NCBI RefSeq assembly: GCF_009914755.1
Contig: NC_060931.1
Source of the DNA: the human T2T-CHM13v2.0 reference genome, Homo sapiens
Length of the DNA: 64,000 nt
Strand: one strand, 5' to 3'
In this document: positions 53,665 to 64,000 of the stretch, piece after piece
Numbering within the stretch: the first letter of the stretch is position 1
Layout: each line of letters starts with the position of its first letter
Made by a program: the position numbers and the translations under genes
The notes under the pieces: model-generated
The model's input: only the letters and a program-made list of their open reading frames with translations
Database searches by the model: none
What the model was told of the DNA's origin: nothing

Positions 53665-54029
53665 CTGAATTGTTATTTTAAGTAATGTTTTGGATTCTTT
53701 ATATTTTTTTCCACTTTATATTTTACCAAGTATTTTTGTCAAAGCCTATATTTCCTTACCTCTAAAATGTTTTTTCTTCACATTTTTACTTTTCTAAACT
53801 TAGAGTGCCCCATACAAAGACTGTAGAATGAAGCTTCCTACCCTCCAGAGGAAGGAGAGGGTAGGAACACAGTAGCACTGTGAGGTCATGTTCAAAACTG
53901 TCCGGAGAGACGCACGGTCTCATCAACTGATTGTAATCTTGGTTGGGTTAGTTGTGCTAGTAGAACATGTTAACTTCTAATACATACTTTTATTACTCAT
54001 CATCATTTGAAATATTGTCCAAGACACTG

Positions 54030-54240
54030 TATTGTGATGAAAAGCAAGGTGATGTACCTTCAGGTCATACATTGACTCTGCGACTAGACTGCTTGGGTTC
54101 ACCCCTCACTAGGCCCATGGCAGGGGCCATCCATTTACTCTCTTGAAAATGATCAAAGAGAACACCTACTTCACTGGGTTACTGTAAAGAAGATGATGAG
54201 TTCATCTCTGTAAAGCGTTTTTCACATTGTGTGGCACTCC
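54030..54240 (+). mobile_element. MIR
   Basis: 'gactctg...agactgcttgggttca...acacctacttcactgggttactgtaaaga...tgtaaagcg...gtgtggcac'. Confidence 0.7.
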
Positions 54241-54913
54241 ATTCACTCATTTGTTCAACACGTATCTGTGGAGTCCCAACTATGAGCCAGGGATGGGTCT
54301 GCCAGCTAGATATATAGAGATGGATTAGGTAGCTGAGATATGTTTGGAGGTCACATTTTAGTGTCTACAAAAACCCTTTTGCCTGATGATGGCAAGTGCT
54401 GTGAAACCTGGATTCTGGGTACCCGGAAGGAAGCTGCTCTCATTGGGGCATCAGAGAAGAATTCTTAGAGGAGGTGACATTGAGCTGAGACTTCAGTTGC
54501 ATGAAGGAGCTATCCATCAACAGTTGTGGGGAGAGGGGCTTTACAGGCAGCCACAGGACCCACGGAGCCCTAAGGATCACAATAGAAAGTGAGGTCACAG
54601 TCTGAGCAGAGCCCAAACACTGGACCAGGTTATGCAGTTTGGATCTTGTTCTGAGTTCAGAGTGAATTTATCAAAGGGATTGCAGCAAGAGAGTGATTTA
54701 TATTTAAATTACCATTTTGAATAATGTGTGGGGAGCAGGGACAGCACAGGGTGGGAGGTCATTGAGGAGACTAGTAAGGTAAATACAAAGAGAAATGATG
54801 GTGGCTTGGGCCAGGGCTGTAGCAGTAGAGATGGAAAGAAGCAGATGACCATAGAAACTGGTGCATGTTTGAGTAACTAAAGGATGTTCAGCATGGCTAG
54901 GCCCATGGAAGGA

Positions 54914-55271
54914 TGTCTTGGTCTGTTGGGGCGGCTATAACAAAATACCATAAACTAAAGAGCTTCTAAATAACAGAAGTTCATTTTTCATGGTTCTGGA
55001 GGCTGGAAAGTCCAAGATCAAGGCACAAGCAGATTCAGTATCCAGTGAAGTCTCCCTTCCTGGTTCATAGAGCAACTTCTCTGTGTCCTCACATGGTAGA
55101 AGGATTGAAAGATCTTGCTGGGACTCTTTTATACAGCACTAAACCCATTCATGAGGACTCCTCCCTCATGACCTAATCAGCCCCCAAAGTCCCCATCGCT
55201 AAATCCCCTCACAATAAGTATTAGGTTTCAACATATGAATTTGGAGGGACACAAATGCTCAGATCGTAACA
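54914..55271 (-). mobile_element. MLT1A0-like MaLR solo LTR
   Basis: 'tgtcttggtc...gctataacaaaataccataaact...ttctggaggctggaaagtccaagatcaaggc...tttcaacatatgaatttggaggg...aca'. Confidence 0.92.
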
Positions 55272-56117
55272 AAGAGGTAACCTATAGATGGGGATAATCA
55301 CATTGTTGGAGCCCCATGAGCTATGTCTTATTTACACCCAAGTCTTGCATGGAAGACATTTTGCTATGCTGTTCAAAGAACCAAATCATAACATCAGGCA
55401 CTTGCTCAAAGCCAATAAGGAACACGGAAAATATTTGTTCATTTGTATGTATCTGAATAGGAAACTTAATGTGGGGAATTAGTTTCCTAGGAGGTGGGAG
55501 AGGAGGAGAGGCCACCCAGGGAGGATGAGATCAATAGCAGCAGGAAGCCACCTAAAAGGGAAAAAGCACAGTGACTAGAGGTCAAGGCCAGAGTCCTTGG
55601 GAAGATCCTGGAGCCTTCATGGGCCCATCCCATAGGAGCTAGAGAAGGGGCATGCATCTTCTGCCAGACCTGGCCTCCAAAGCAGGAACAGAAGGATACG
55701 GCCCTCAGCATCTCCCTGCCCCATTCTCTCTCAACTCTCAGCAGATCCTCCCTGGCCAAATCCAGTGGGAAGCTCTCTGGGAAACCACAGCTGTTGGGGG
55801 CCATGGGGCCAGAAACCTGCTGCCTTATGGAGCTCAGCAGGAGGATCTGAAGGCAAGCAGCAACATGCCAGCAGCGCATGGGTGGGTGGATGGGGGACTG
55901 GTGGAGTTTGGAGGACTGGGGAGCTATGACAATGTGAAGAGAGACCCAGAAATGGTAGGTGGTCAGAGGTAAGCTTGGAAAGATAAATAGGGAGTAGCTA
56001 TGCAGGACCTCATGGGCATTTATGCAGTCTGGAATACATCATCAGATTAATCAAGAATCCCTGAAAGATTCCAAGTGAGTGAATGACTAATCAGGTGTAT
56101 GATTTAGAAAAATTACA

Positions 56118-56390
56118 AAAATTTCAGTTAGACAGGAGGAATAAGCTCAGGAGATCATCCATGGAACATCATGGTGACAGGGGTCAATAAACAATATATT
56201 GTACGTTTGAAAATTGCTAAGAAAGCAGATTTTAAGTGTTCTCATCAACAAAAAGTCATAAGTATGTGAGGTAACGCTCATTAGCTAGATTTATTATAGC
56301 ATTCCACAGTGTTGATATGTATCAAAACATCATGTACACTACAAATATATACAATTTTTATTTGTCAATTAATAAAAAGGAAAAAAAGAA
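56118..56390 (+). mobile_element. 5'-truncated L1MA (L1MA8-like) 3' end
   Basis: 'aaaatttcagttagacaggaggaataag...aaaattgctaag...gattttaagtgttctca...tttgtcaatt' plus A-tail; near-TSD agaaaaattac/agaaaaataac. Confidence 0.88.
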
Positions 56391-57137
56391 AAATAACTGG
56401 CTACAGTGAGGAGAATGACTTCAAGCTGTACAATCCTGGAAGTAAGATCTCAGAACGTTTCTGTAGGTTGTTATGCTGTCTGTAATTACTTGAAAATACT
56501 TATGTTCTGACCTTTTGCATGAGCTATATGTGTCTGTTAATCTATGAGTGTGGTTAGCCTGATGGTTGGAATACCCTAACCAGGAATGCACACTCACACT
56601 TATGGTGGCAGGGTGAGGCTATTAGTTAACATTTGAGAGACACCAACCAGCTCCTGCAAACTCTTCCACTATGACTATCTGATCTGCCCTGGAGGAGATA
56701 GTAATTCACATAGGGGAATGTTGGAAATACATTTTCATTCTTGAATTGAGTTGCATTCCAAATAGATGGGCTGATTAGAAATGTCTGCTTTCTTGAGAGG
56801 TGCAAACCTCAGCAATATCAGCCTTGCAACTCTTGAGCGAAGGGTCCCTCTGATGTGAACCCGTGTTCCTACCATTCCTTACGGATTTTCTCTCATCTGA
56901 TAGGACAAGGTTCTGCCACTAGAATTCTGTCAGATTTGTCTCTGGAAACTGTTTCATCAGGGCAAATTTAGGTGACCCTGGGGACAGAGGCCAGTGGCTC
57001 CACCAACCCCACAGGCAGGTGGACTGGCTGTTCCTGTTTGCTAACACATGTTCGTGTGTGAGGCAGCATTCAGGATGAGACTTGCTTTCAGTTACGTATC
57101 TTTGAGTGAGATTATGCTTTTCTTTACCTGTAGCCAC

Positions 57138-57466
57138 TGTGAAAGAAAAAATGCACTGGACAATTAGGGAGATTATTTTATTTGGGCTATTGCAATATAG
57201 AGAATGTTCACTAAGGAAAGACTTCTCAACAAAAGGAAGAGGACCTAGGATTTTATAAAGGCAAGGATACAGGGAGTCATCCACTTTGGGAGCCTTGAAG
57301 GAGGATGAAGACCAGGCTTACTCTGAAATATGCTGGCTAAGGTGGTCCTTCAAGATTTCCTAGAACACAAGACAGTGGGTGGATTTTGGGAAACAAAAGT
57401 CTCAGGGGATTTCTTAACCATCTCTGTTCTCTGGGAGCACAGGACTCAAGTAACATTTAACACTGG
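57138..57466 (-). mobile_element. ERV1 LTR fragment, MER31/MER67-like
   Basis: Reverse complement begins 'tgttaaatgttacttgagtcctgtgctccc...gatggttaagaaatcccc'; distal 'ggctattgcaata'. Confidence 0.7.
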
Positions 57467-58872
57467 CTACTGTTGTTAAAGTGAAGATGAAATGCCGGTC
57501 ACATTGGCCATGGTCATTTTGCAACGTAAGGAGAGATGATCTTGGCCTATAGGAAGGATAAAGCCATGAAAATGAGAGAAGTGTATGGAATGGAATTGAA
57601 GAATATTAGGCAATAGACCAGGGGGATGTGGACATTGATGGGGGTGCCTTAGAGGTCTCCATCCTATGCACTGTCTCTCCCCACCTGGCAGTGTGCATCT
57701 ATTTCTGGGCTGCTGAGAGAGGTGGAAATCCACCTGCTTTCCTTACATAAAAGTGAAAACTCATTACTCCATAAAACATACAATTCCTGCAGAACAAGTC
57801 TGTGTGATAAGACTTGAAAACACAAACAGTTCAGCCTGAAGGCCTGACAGGGGAATTACAGGCTCAGACTCATTAGCTAATTATAATACTCACATAGACT
57901 GTTACTTAAAAAAAAAAAGTATCGCCTGTTGAATGAGATTCTTGAGAACATTAGCATCTAATTTTCTGAATGATAATACAGTGTGCTGGAGGTTTTTGGC
58001 TGTGTCTACAATCAGCAATTTGTGGTGCAGTGGGAAAGCAACTTCAGGGCAGAGAAAAAGTGTCAGGGCTGAGGGTCAGACTTTGGTTTTAGCATCCATT
58101 GTGACTGACCAGCTTCATAAACTTATACAAGAGATTTAGCCTTCTGGGTTTCAGTTTTATTGTCTCAGAACCAGAGATTTTCAATTATCAGATTTATAGT
58201 CCTAAGAATCCACATTGTTCTGGTCCAGTCTCTATATATTTTTTAAAAAGGAGCTGAAAAAATCCAGCTTTGAAATTTGAAGCAATTTATGCAGATCTAC
58301 TGGTGAGGGCTGTATTAGTGTGAGCATATATGTCCATATATATTTTGGCAAAAGTTAATTACGGAAAACACATGAGTGTCAGGGAGTGAAGGGGAACACG
58401 AGAGACTGGACATTGCTCATCAATCATTGTGCTCTGAATTATATGCTTTTACTGCCTGTCCTGACCCTCCCCTTCAATGGGAGAATTCCCCAAGCTTTCC
58501 TCCTCTCGATTTCCTGGAGCTTCAGCCAACACCTCCAGGTGGAGGATTCCAAACCTGGAATCCCCAGTCCTTTCCTGGCTTTATAGTTACTCGGCTACAT
58601 CTGGGCTCCTGCTGGTGTCTCCATTCAATTTTTCACAAACGCAACTCACGGTCTTTCAAACCCTTTCTCCCTGCTACGTCCCTATTTGTGCGTGCTGCCC
58701 ACAGGCCCGGAGCCATGCAATCTCACAGCCTGCTACTTCCTCACGTCTAGCAGTGAGGCCTCTGGTCCAATCCTGCCAGGTCTCTGTCATACACCACCTT
58801 CTCACTTCCATTAGAGTTCTCACTATCTTATTTGAAATCTGCATTACTGCTTTTCTGAGCAAAATCACAATA

Positions 58873-59346
58873 GTATGATGGTGGATTGTATGCATCAACT
58901 TGGCAGGCTATATTACCCAATTATTTTGTTAAATGTGAATCTAGGTGTTGCTCTGAAGGTATTTTGTAGATGCGGTCAACATCTTCAATCAGCTGACTTT
59001 AAGGAAAGGAGATTATCTTCAGTCATCTGGGTGGGGCTCATCCATCTATTCAACTATTCACCATCCAACTATCAGTTCAAAGTCCTTAGGAGCCAAACTG
59101 AGGTTTCCTTGAAGAAGAAGAAATTCTGCCTCAAGACTGCAGCCTCAGCTCCAGCCTGAAAGTTTCGAGCCTGCCAGCTCCCCTACAAATTTCAGGCTTG
59201 CCATACCCTACAATTGTGTAAGCCAATTCCTTGAAATAAATGTCTTTATATGTGTAATCTCTTATTATATATGTGGGTGGGTGCCTGTGTGTGCCTGTGT
59301 GTGCCTGTATATGTGTATTTTCTCTGGAGAACCCTGTCTGATTCCA
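58873..59346 (+). mobile_element. MLT2D-like ERVL solo LTR
   Basis: 'atggtggattgtatgcatcaacttgg...aatctaggtgttgctctgaaggtattttgtagatg...aagaaattctgcctcaagactgcagc...ctctggagaaccctg'; contains GTGCCTGT(G/A)T x3 at 59281-59310. Confidence 0.9.
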
Positions 59347-59779
59347 GTAGTTTACCACTTGACTTCATCTAGTCTCTCCGACTTCACCACTGCTCTCCAT
59401 CTCCTTCTGGCTGCTACAGGATTAACCTTCTTAGCAGTCTGTTCCTGTCGTTCCCCTACTTTTTCTGTGTCCTCTACATGATTTTATTTGGGTGCAGCTC
59501 CAATTCATCCACAGAGTCCTACTTCCCATCATTTTCTTTAGGAGGAAGGATTGAAATTTCTAAATGTAGAAACATCCCCAGTTTTCTATTTGGAACAGAT
59601 GAACTCTGGGCCTGTATGGATCAGAGAGCTAAGAAGGAGAGTCTCTTACCTGTTTTAGGCCAACGGAATTGCTGCATTTCAGGTGGTAGGACAAGTTCCA
59701 CACTGCTGTTCTGAGCCTCACTCACATTTTGGCAAAAAGTTTGCTGTGATCCTCACAGAGTCTAAATTAAGGGCTACTG

Positions 59780-59935
59780 GCACACTGCCATGTTGAGTAG
59801 AAATATCATTTCATGATGTTCTTTAATCCACCCCCACGTACCCTATGAGGCTCACAGAAGCTAAGTAACCTTCCCAAGTTGACTGGCTAATCCAAGATAC
59901 ATACCTAGGTTTGTACATCTCTCAATATTGTATTC
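59780..59935 (-). mobile_element. MIR fragment
   Basis: 'tttaatcc...ccctatgaggctcacagaagctaagtaaccttcccaag'. Confidence 0.6.
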
Positions 59936-59940
59936 ACCCA

Positions 59941-60461
59941 CATTGTAAGCTGAATAATAGTCCCAAAGATGTTCAAGCTGTAATCCCTGGAGCCAGTGAC
60001 TGTTTCCTGATATGATAGAAGGAATGCTGCAGATGTGATCAAGTGAAGGATTTTGAAATGGGGAGATTATCCAGGATTATCTGGGTAAACTATTGTAATC
60101 ACAGGGTCTGCACTAAAGGGGATCAGGAGAAGTCAGAGTTTGAGGAAAAGACAACGTGGTCATGACAGTGGAGAGAAATCTGAAGATGCCACATTGCAGA
60201 CTTTGAAGATAAAGGAAGTGGCCACAAATCAAGGAATGCAAAAAATGCAGGTTTAGAATCTGGAAAAGGCAAGGACACAGATTTTCCCTGAGAGTTTTTG
60301 AAAGGAGCAAAGCCCTGTGAACAAAATTAAAGCCTTAGTTTTGGCTCAGTGAAGACCGTTTTAGACATCTGAATTTCAGAGCTGTGGAATAATAGATTTG
60401 TATTGTTTTAAGCCACTAGGTTTGTGGTAATCTGTTACAGCAGACATAGCATATGAATACA
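59941..60461 (+). mobile_element. MLT1D-like MaLR solo LTR
   Basis: 'gctgaataat...cccaaagatg...aatccctgga...aggattttgaaatggggagattatcc...ttttaagccact...tgtggtaatctgttacagcag...aataca'. Confidence 0.9.
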
Positions 60462-61519
60462 CCCAATGGTACTTTAACATACCAATACCTTCCATCATGT
60501 AGCCACAGTTTAGCTTTCTCACCTAACACTCGCCTAATAGCCCTACCTCAAGAGTACTGCACCCCTACTTCATACAAACAGCTCACAAAATCACCAAACA
60601 GCATTCTTTTCATGGAAGACACTTGGGAAAAGTTAGTTTCCTCCAACAGGGGAAAATTACTTAACTCCTCAGTTTCCTGATTCATACAAATGACTGTATC
60701 AGTTAAGAATCTTAGACTACAAACTGAGTTATTGAAAGAAGGTGACTGCTTTTCTGCAATGAGCTTGATTTCCATTTCAAGTCCCTCTTCCACTAGGGAC
60801 AGGAACTGACCATCATGCAATTCAACTGTGGCCTCCCATCTCTCCACAGCATGATGTCTCCATGGGAGAGTAAGAGATTAGGGGTTTGAGGGCCTGAAGG
60901 GAGAGGAGATGGCTGTCCTCCCTCCACGGTGACATCAACTGAGATGCTTCATTCCTGCCTTGTCTGAGGATGCTGCTCCAGGCAGGTCCACACAGAATCT
61001 TCCCAACCACGAGGACCCTCTAGATGTATCAGCTCTCTGCGCGACTTTCAATCTGGGAGAAATGTTGACATTCCCATTGCAACTCTGGAGCCCATCAGAA
61101 TCCTCTGCATTGGCAGCCACATATGCATTGTTCTCACTATGCTGGGTGCAAGGAGCTCAGGGTTTTGCCTATTCAGAAAACAGGGAGCAGAATGTTTCCT
61201 CAATTAAAACTCCAAACCTAATTTAAGGATTCTATATTCTCTCTAGCTTCATTCTAGAAATTTTTATCTAGTCTTGGGTATAAGGGAAAAGCTGGCTTCC
61301 CAACTGATTAGTGTTTCTTATCTGGAGATCTTAACATAGGAAAACCCAAAGTAAAAAAGCTTACATTTTAATCCCTGGATTCTTATAGTACCACTGTCCT
61401 TTGAGACAATGGGTGCCTCATGACTTTGCTAATTTTCCCATAAATATAAAAAGCAGAGTAGTGAAAAGAGAGTAAGACAAATTGGTAAAATTCCTGGATA
61501 ATCTTTGTTTTTCTTCGCA

Positions 61520-61912
61520 GATGCACCCCACTATGTGTCCAAACCCTGACTCTTGCCTATGGTTTCTGGTTGGGTTTAGCCAATAGAAGACACTGGCAGG
61601 AGAACAGTGAGGTCAGCATTTTGATTATTGGAGCAGCCTCTTGGCCAGGATGTGGAGAGGTTACCACATCCCTGTACGTGTGGCTACGGGTGGTACAGGT
61701 GGCTACGTTGTCTTCCCCACAGAGCTCCTCCACACCACTTCCTGGAGCCATTCCTAGCAGAGTAACACCAGCTCCCAGGGCACAGCACCAGCCTGGTTAG
61801 TTTCTGAAAACTGCGCCATCACCTCCAGCTGTAGATAGCCTTCTTAATGAACTCTCCTCAAATATGCTATTTAGTTTTCTATCTATTTCCTGCCAGAACA
61901 CAGATTGATAGA
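61520..61912 (+). mobile_element. LTR33-like ERVL LTR
   Basis: 'tctggttgggtttagccaatagaagacactggcaggaga' and 3' end 'aactctcctcaa...tttcctgccaga...gattgata'. Confidence 0.72.
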
Positions 61913-62269
61913 GGTAATATATTTTAAAAAAAGTTCTTCATAGCAGGGAAATGATCACACCTCCTTCACAGATTTGATTATTTTATATATTAACCCACTA
62001 AAAGACATTTCTGGTTTAGATGGCTCTCACTTAGATAGCATTAACGTACTCTTGGAAACACAGAAAGTCTTTTTTTTTTGGACATAGCACTGAGAAAGAA
62101 GTAAAAAAGTTCATTTATTGTCAGATTCTGGAAGATCTTGCCAGTGATTCCAAAGAAGTCAGTTAACACTCAAAGTCTCTGTCTGGAGTATCCTTAACAT
62201 CTGAACTAAACTGACAAGCAATTTTGGTGGAGGACAAGAATTCTAAAATGAATGTGGTGTTATTTTTAA

Positions 62270-64000
62270 GCAAACTATTTTTTTTAGAGCAGTTTTAGGT
62301 TCACAGCAAAATTGATCAGAAGGTACAGAGATTTCCCATATATCCCCTTCTCTGATGTAGAAACAACTTCCTCCACTATCAAAATCTTGATACAGAGTAG
62401 TATATTTGTTACAATGCATTAACCTACACTGATATTTCATTATTACCCCAAAGTCCATAGTTTACATTAGGATTCTTGCTTAGTGTTGTACATTCTATGG
62501 GTTTTAACAATTGCATAATGACGTATAGCTACTATTGTAGTGTCCTACCAAATAGTATCACTGCCCTAAATAGTTTCTCTGCTTTGCCTATTCATCTGTC
62601 CCTCCCCACTAACCCCTGGAAACCACTGATTCTTTTACCGTCTCCATCATTTTGCCTTTCCCAGAATGTCATATTGTTGGAATTACACAGTATGTAGCTG
62701 TTTCAGATTGGCTTCTCTCGCTTAGCAACATGTATTTAAGTTTCCTCTATGTATTTTGATGGCTTGATAGCTCAATTTGTTTTTATTGTAGAATAATATC
62801 CCATTTGTAGGTATGTGCCACCGTTTATTTATCCATTCACCTGCTGAAGAATAACTTGGTTGCTTCCATGTTTTGGCAATTATGAATAAAGCTGCTATAC
62901 ATATTTGTGTGCAGGTTTTTGTGTGGACATAAGTTTTCAACTCATTTGGATAAAGACCAAGGAGAGCGATTGCTGGATCATATGGTAAGAGTATGTTTAG
63001 TTTTGTAAGAAACTGCTAAACTGTCTTCCAAAGTGGATGTATCATTTTTCATACTCACCAGTAATGAACAAGAGTTCCTGTTGCTCCACATCTTCTGCAG
63101 CATTTGGTGTTATCAATGTTTTGGATTTTGGCCATTGAATGGGTGTGTAGTGGTATCTCACTGTTTTAATAATTCCATAATGACATATGATGTTGAGAAT
63201 TTTTTCATATGCTTATTTACCACTTATAATCTTCTTTGGTAATGTGTCTGTTCAGATCTTTTGCCCATTTTAAATCAGGTCATTCGTTTTCTTTATTGCT
63301 TAGTTTATGAGCTCTTTGTATATTTTGAGTTACAATTCTTTTTCAGATGTTTTTTGCAAGTATTTTTCCCATTCTGTGCTCGTCTTCACATTCTCTTGAC
63401 AGTGTATTTTGCAAAGCAGAAGTTTTTAATCTTAATAAAGTCTAGCTTATGAGTTATTTCTTTAATGGATTGTGCCTTTGGTGTTGGAGACAAAAAGTCA
63501 TTGTTCCCAAGGTCACCTAGATTTCTTCCTATGTTATTTTCTGTAAGTTTTATAGTTTTGCATTTCACGTTTAGATCTATGATCTATGTTGAGTTAATTT
63601 TTTGTAAATGGTATAAGACTAATTTTTTAATGTAAATGTCCAGATGTTCCAGTACCTTTTGTTGAAAACACTGCCTTTTCCCCATTGTATTACATTTACT
63701 CCTTTGTCAAAGATCAGGTGGCTACATTTATATGGATGTATTTCTGTACCCTCTCTTCTGTTCCACTGATCTATCTGTTCTTTCACCAATACCATACTTG
63801 ATTACTATAGCAGGGGACAGAAATCTAGGTAGGGTTTTTTTTCTTACAACATTTTAAATATTTCACAGCGTTCTGTTTTTATTTGCATAGTTTCTGAGGA
63901 GACATTAGATGTAATTCTTATATTTGTTTGTCTGTAGGTAAGGTTTTATCCCCCACTTGGGCTATTCTCCAGATTTTTAATTTTCTTTTCTCTTTTTCAG
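62270..64000 (-). mobile_element. L1MC1/2-type 3' end and distal ORF2; jumps at ~63815 to ORF1-region L1 sequence
   Basis: 'ttttagagcagttttaggttcacagcaaaattga...caaagtccatagtttacattagg'; ORF 62722-62940 'KTYVHTKTCTQ...AALFIIAKTWKQP' is the L1 ORF2 C-terminus. Confidence 0.9.

Larger units (their letters stand above)
54238..56450 (-). mobile_element. L2 (fragments 54238-54860 and ~55900-56450) interrupted by MLT1A0 and an L1MA 3' end
   Basis: 'attcactcatttgttcaaca...gaggaggtgacattgagctgagactt...gagaaatgatggtggcttgggccagggctgtagcagtagagatgga'. Confidence 0.75.

Noticed and set aside
58376-58878. Overlapping 124 and 133 aa ORFs
   Set aside because: Low-information Ser/Pro/Leu-rich translations with no splice or domain support.

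Overview
Primate (catarrhine, most likely human) non-coding genomic DNA: AT-rich, CpG-depleted, no CpG island, and no protein-coding exon, RNA gene or named gene that I can recognise. The ORF track is explained by L1 ORF2 remnants, Alu read-through and chance. Much of the window is interspersed repeats: 11 Alus (AluJ/S/Y, most with visible target-site duplications, TSDs), ancient L1M fragments, an internally deleted L1PB1-type element with both termini, L2 and MIR relics, about ten solo LTRs (LTR16-, MER54/73/74-group-, MLT1C-, LTR54-, LTR8-, MLT1A0-, MER31/67-, MLT2D-, MLT1D-, LTR33-like) and hAT/Tigger DNA-transposon relics. Family names come from my recall of consensus sequences, not from a RepeatMasker run, and boundaries of old elements are approximate. 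I cannot support a new biological system. The best leads are (i) a four-layer nested insertion at 30.5-37.3 kb with all TSDs readable, which puts a tandem AP-1 array next to an L1 5' end, (ii) a CpG-retaining solo LTR with a consensus splice donor at 10.9-11.3 kb, (iii) a ~90-bp cluster of hairpins and a direct repeat at 46.17-46.25 kb that looks like a template-switch scar, and (iv) a ~7.8-kb repeat-poor block at 18.8-26.6 kb.
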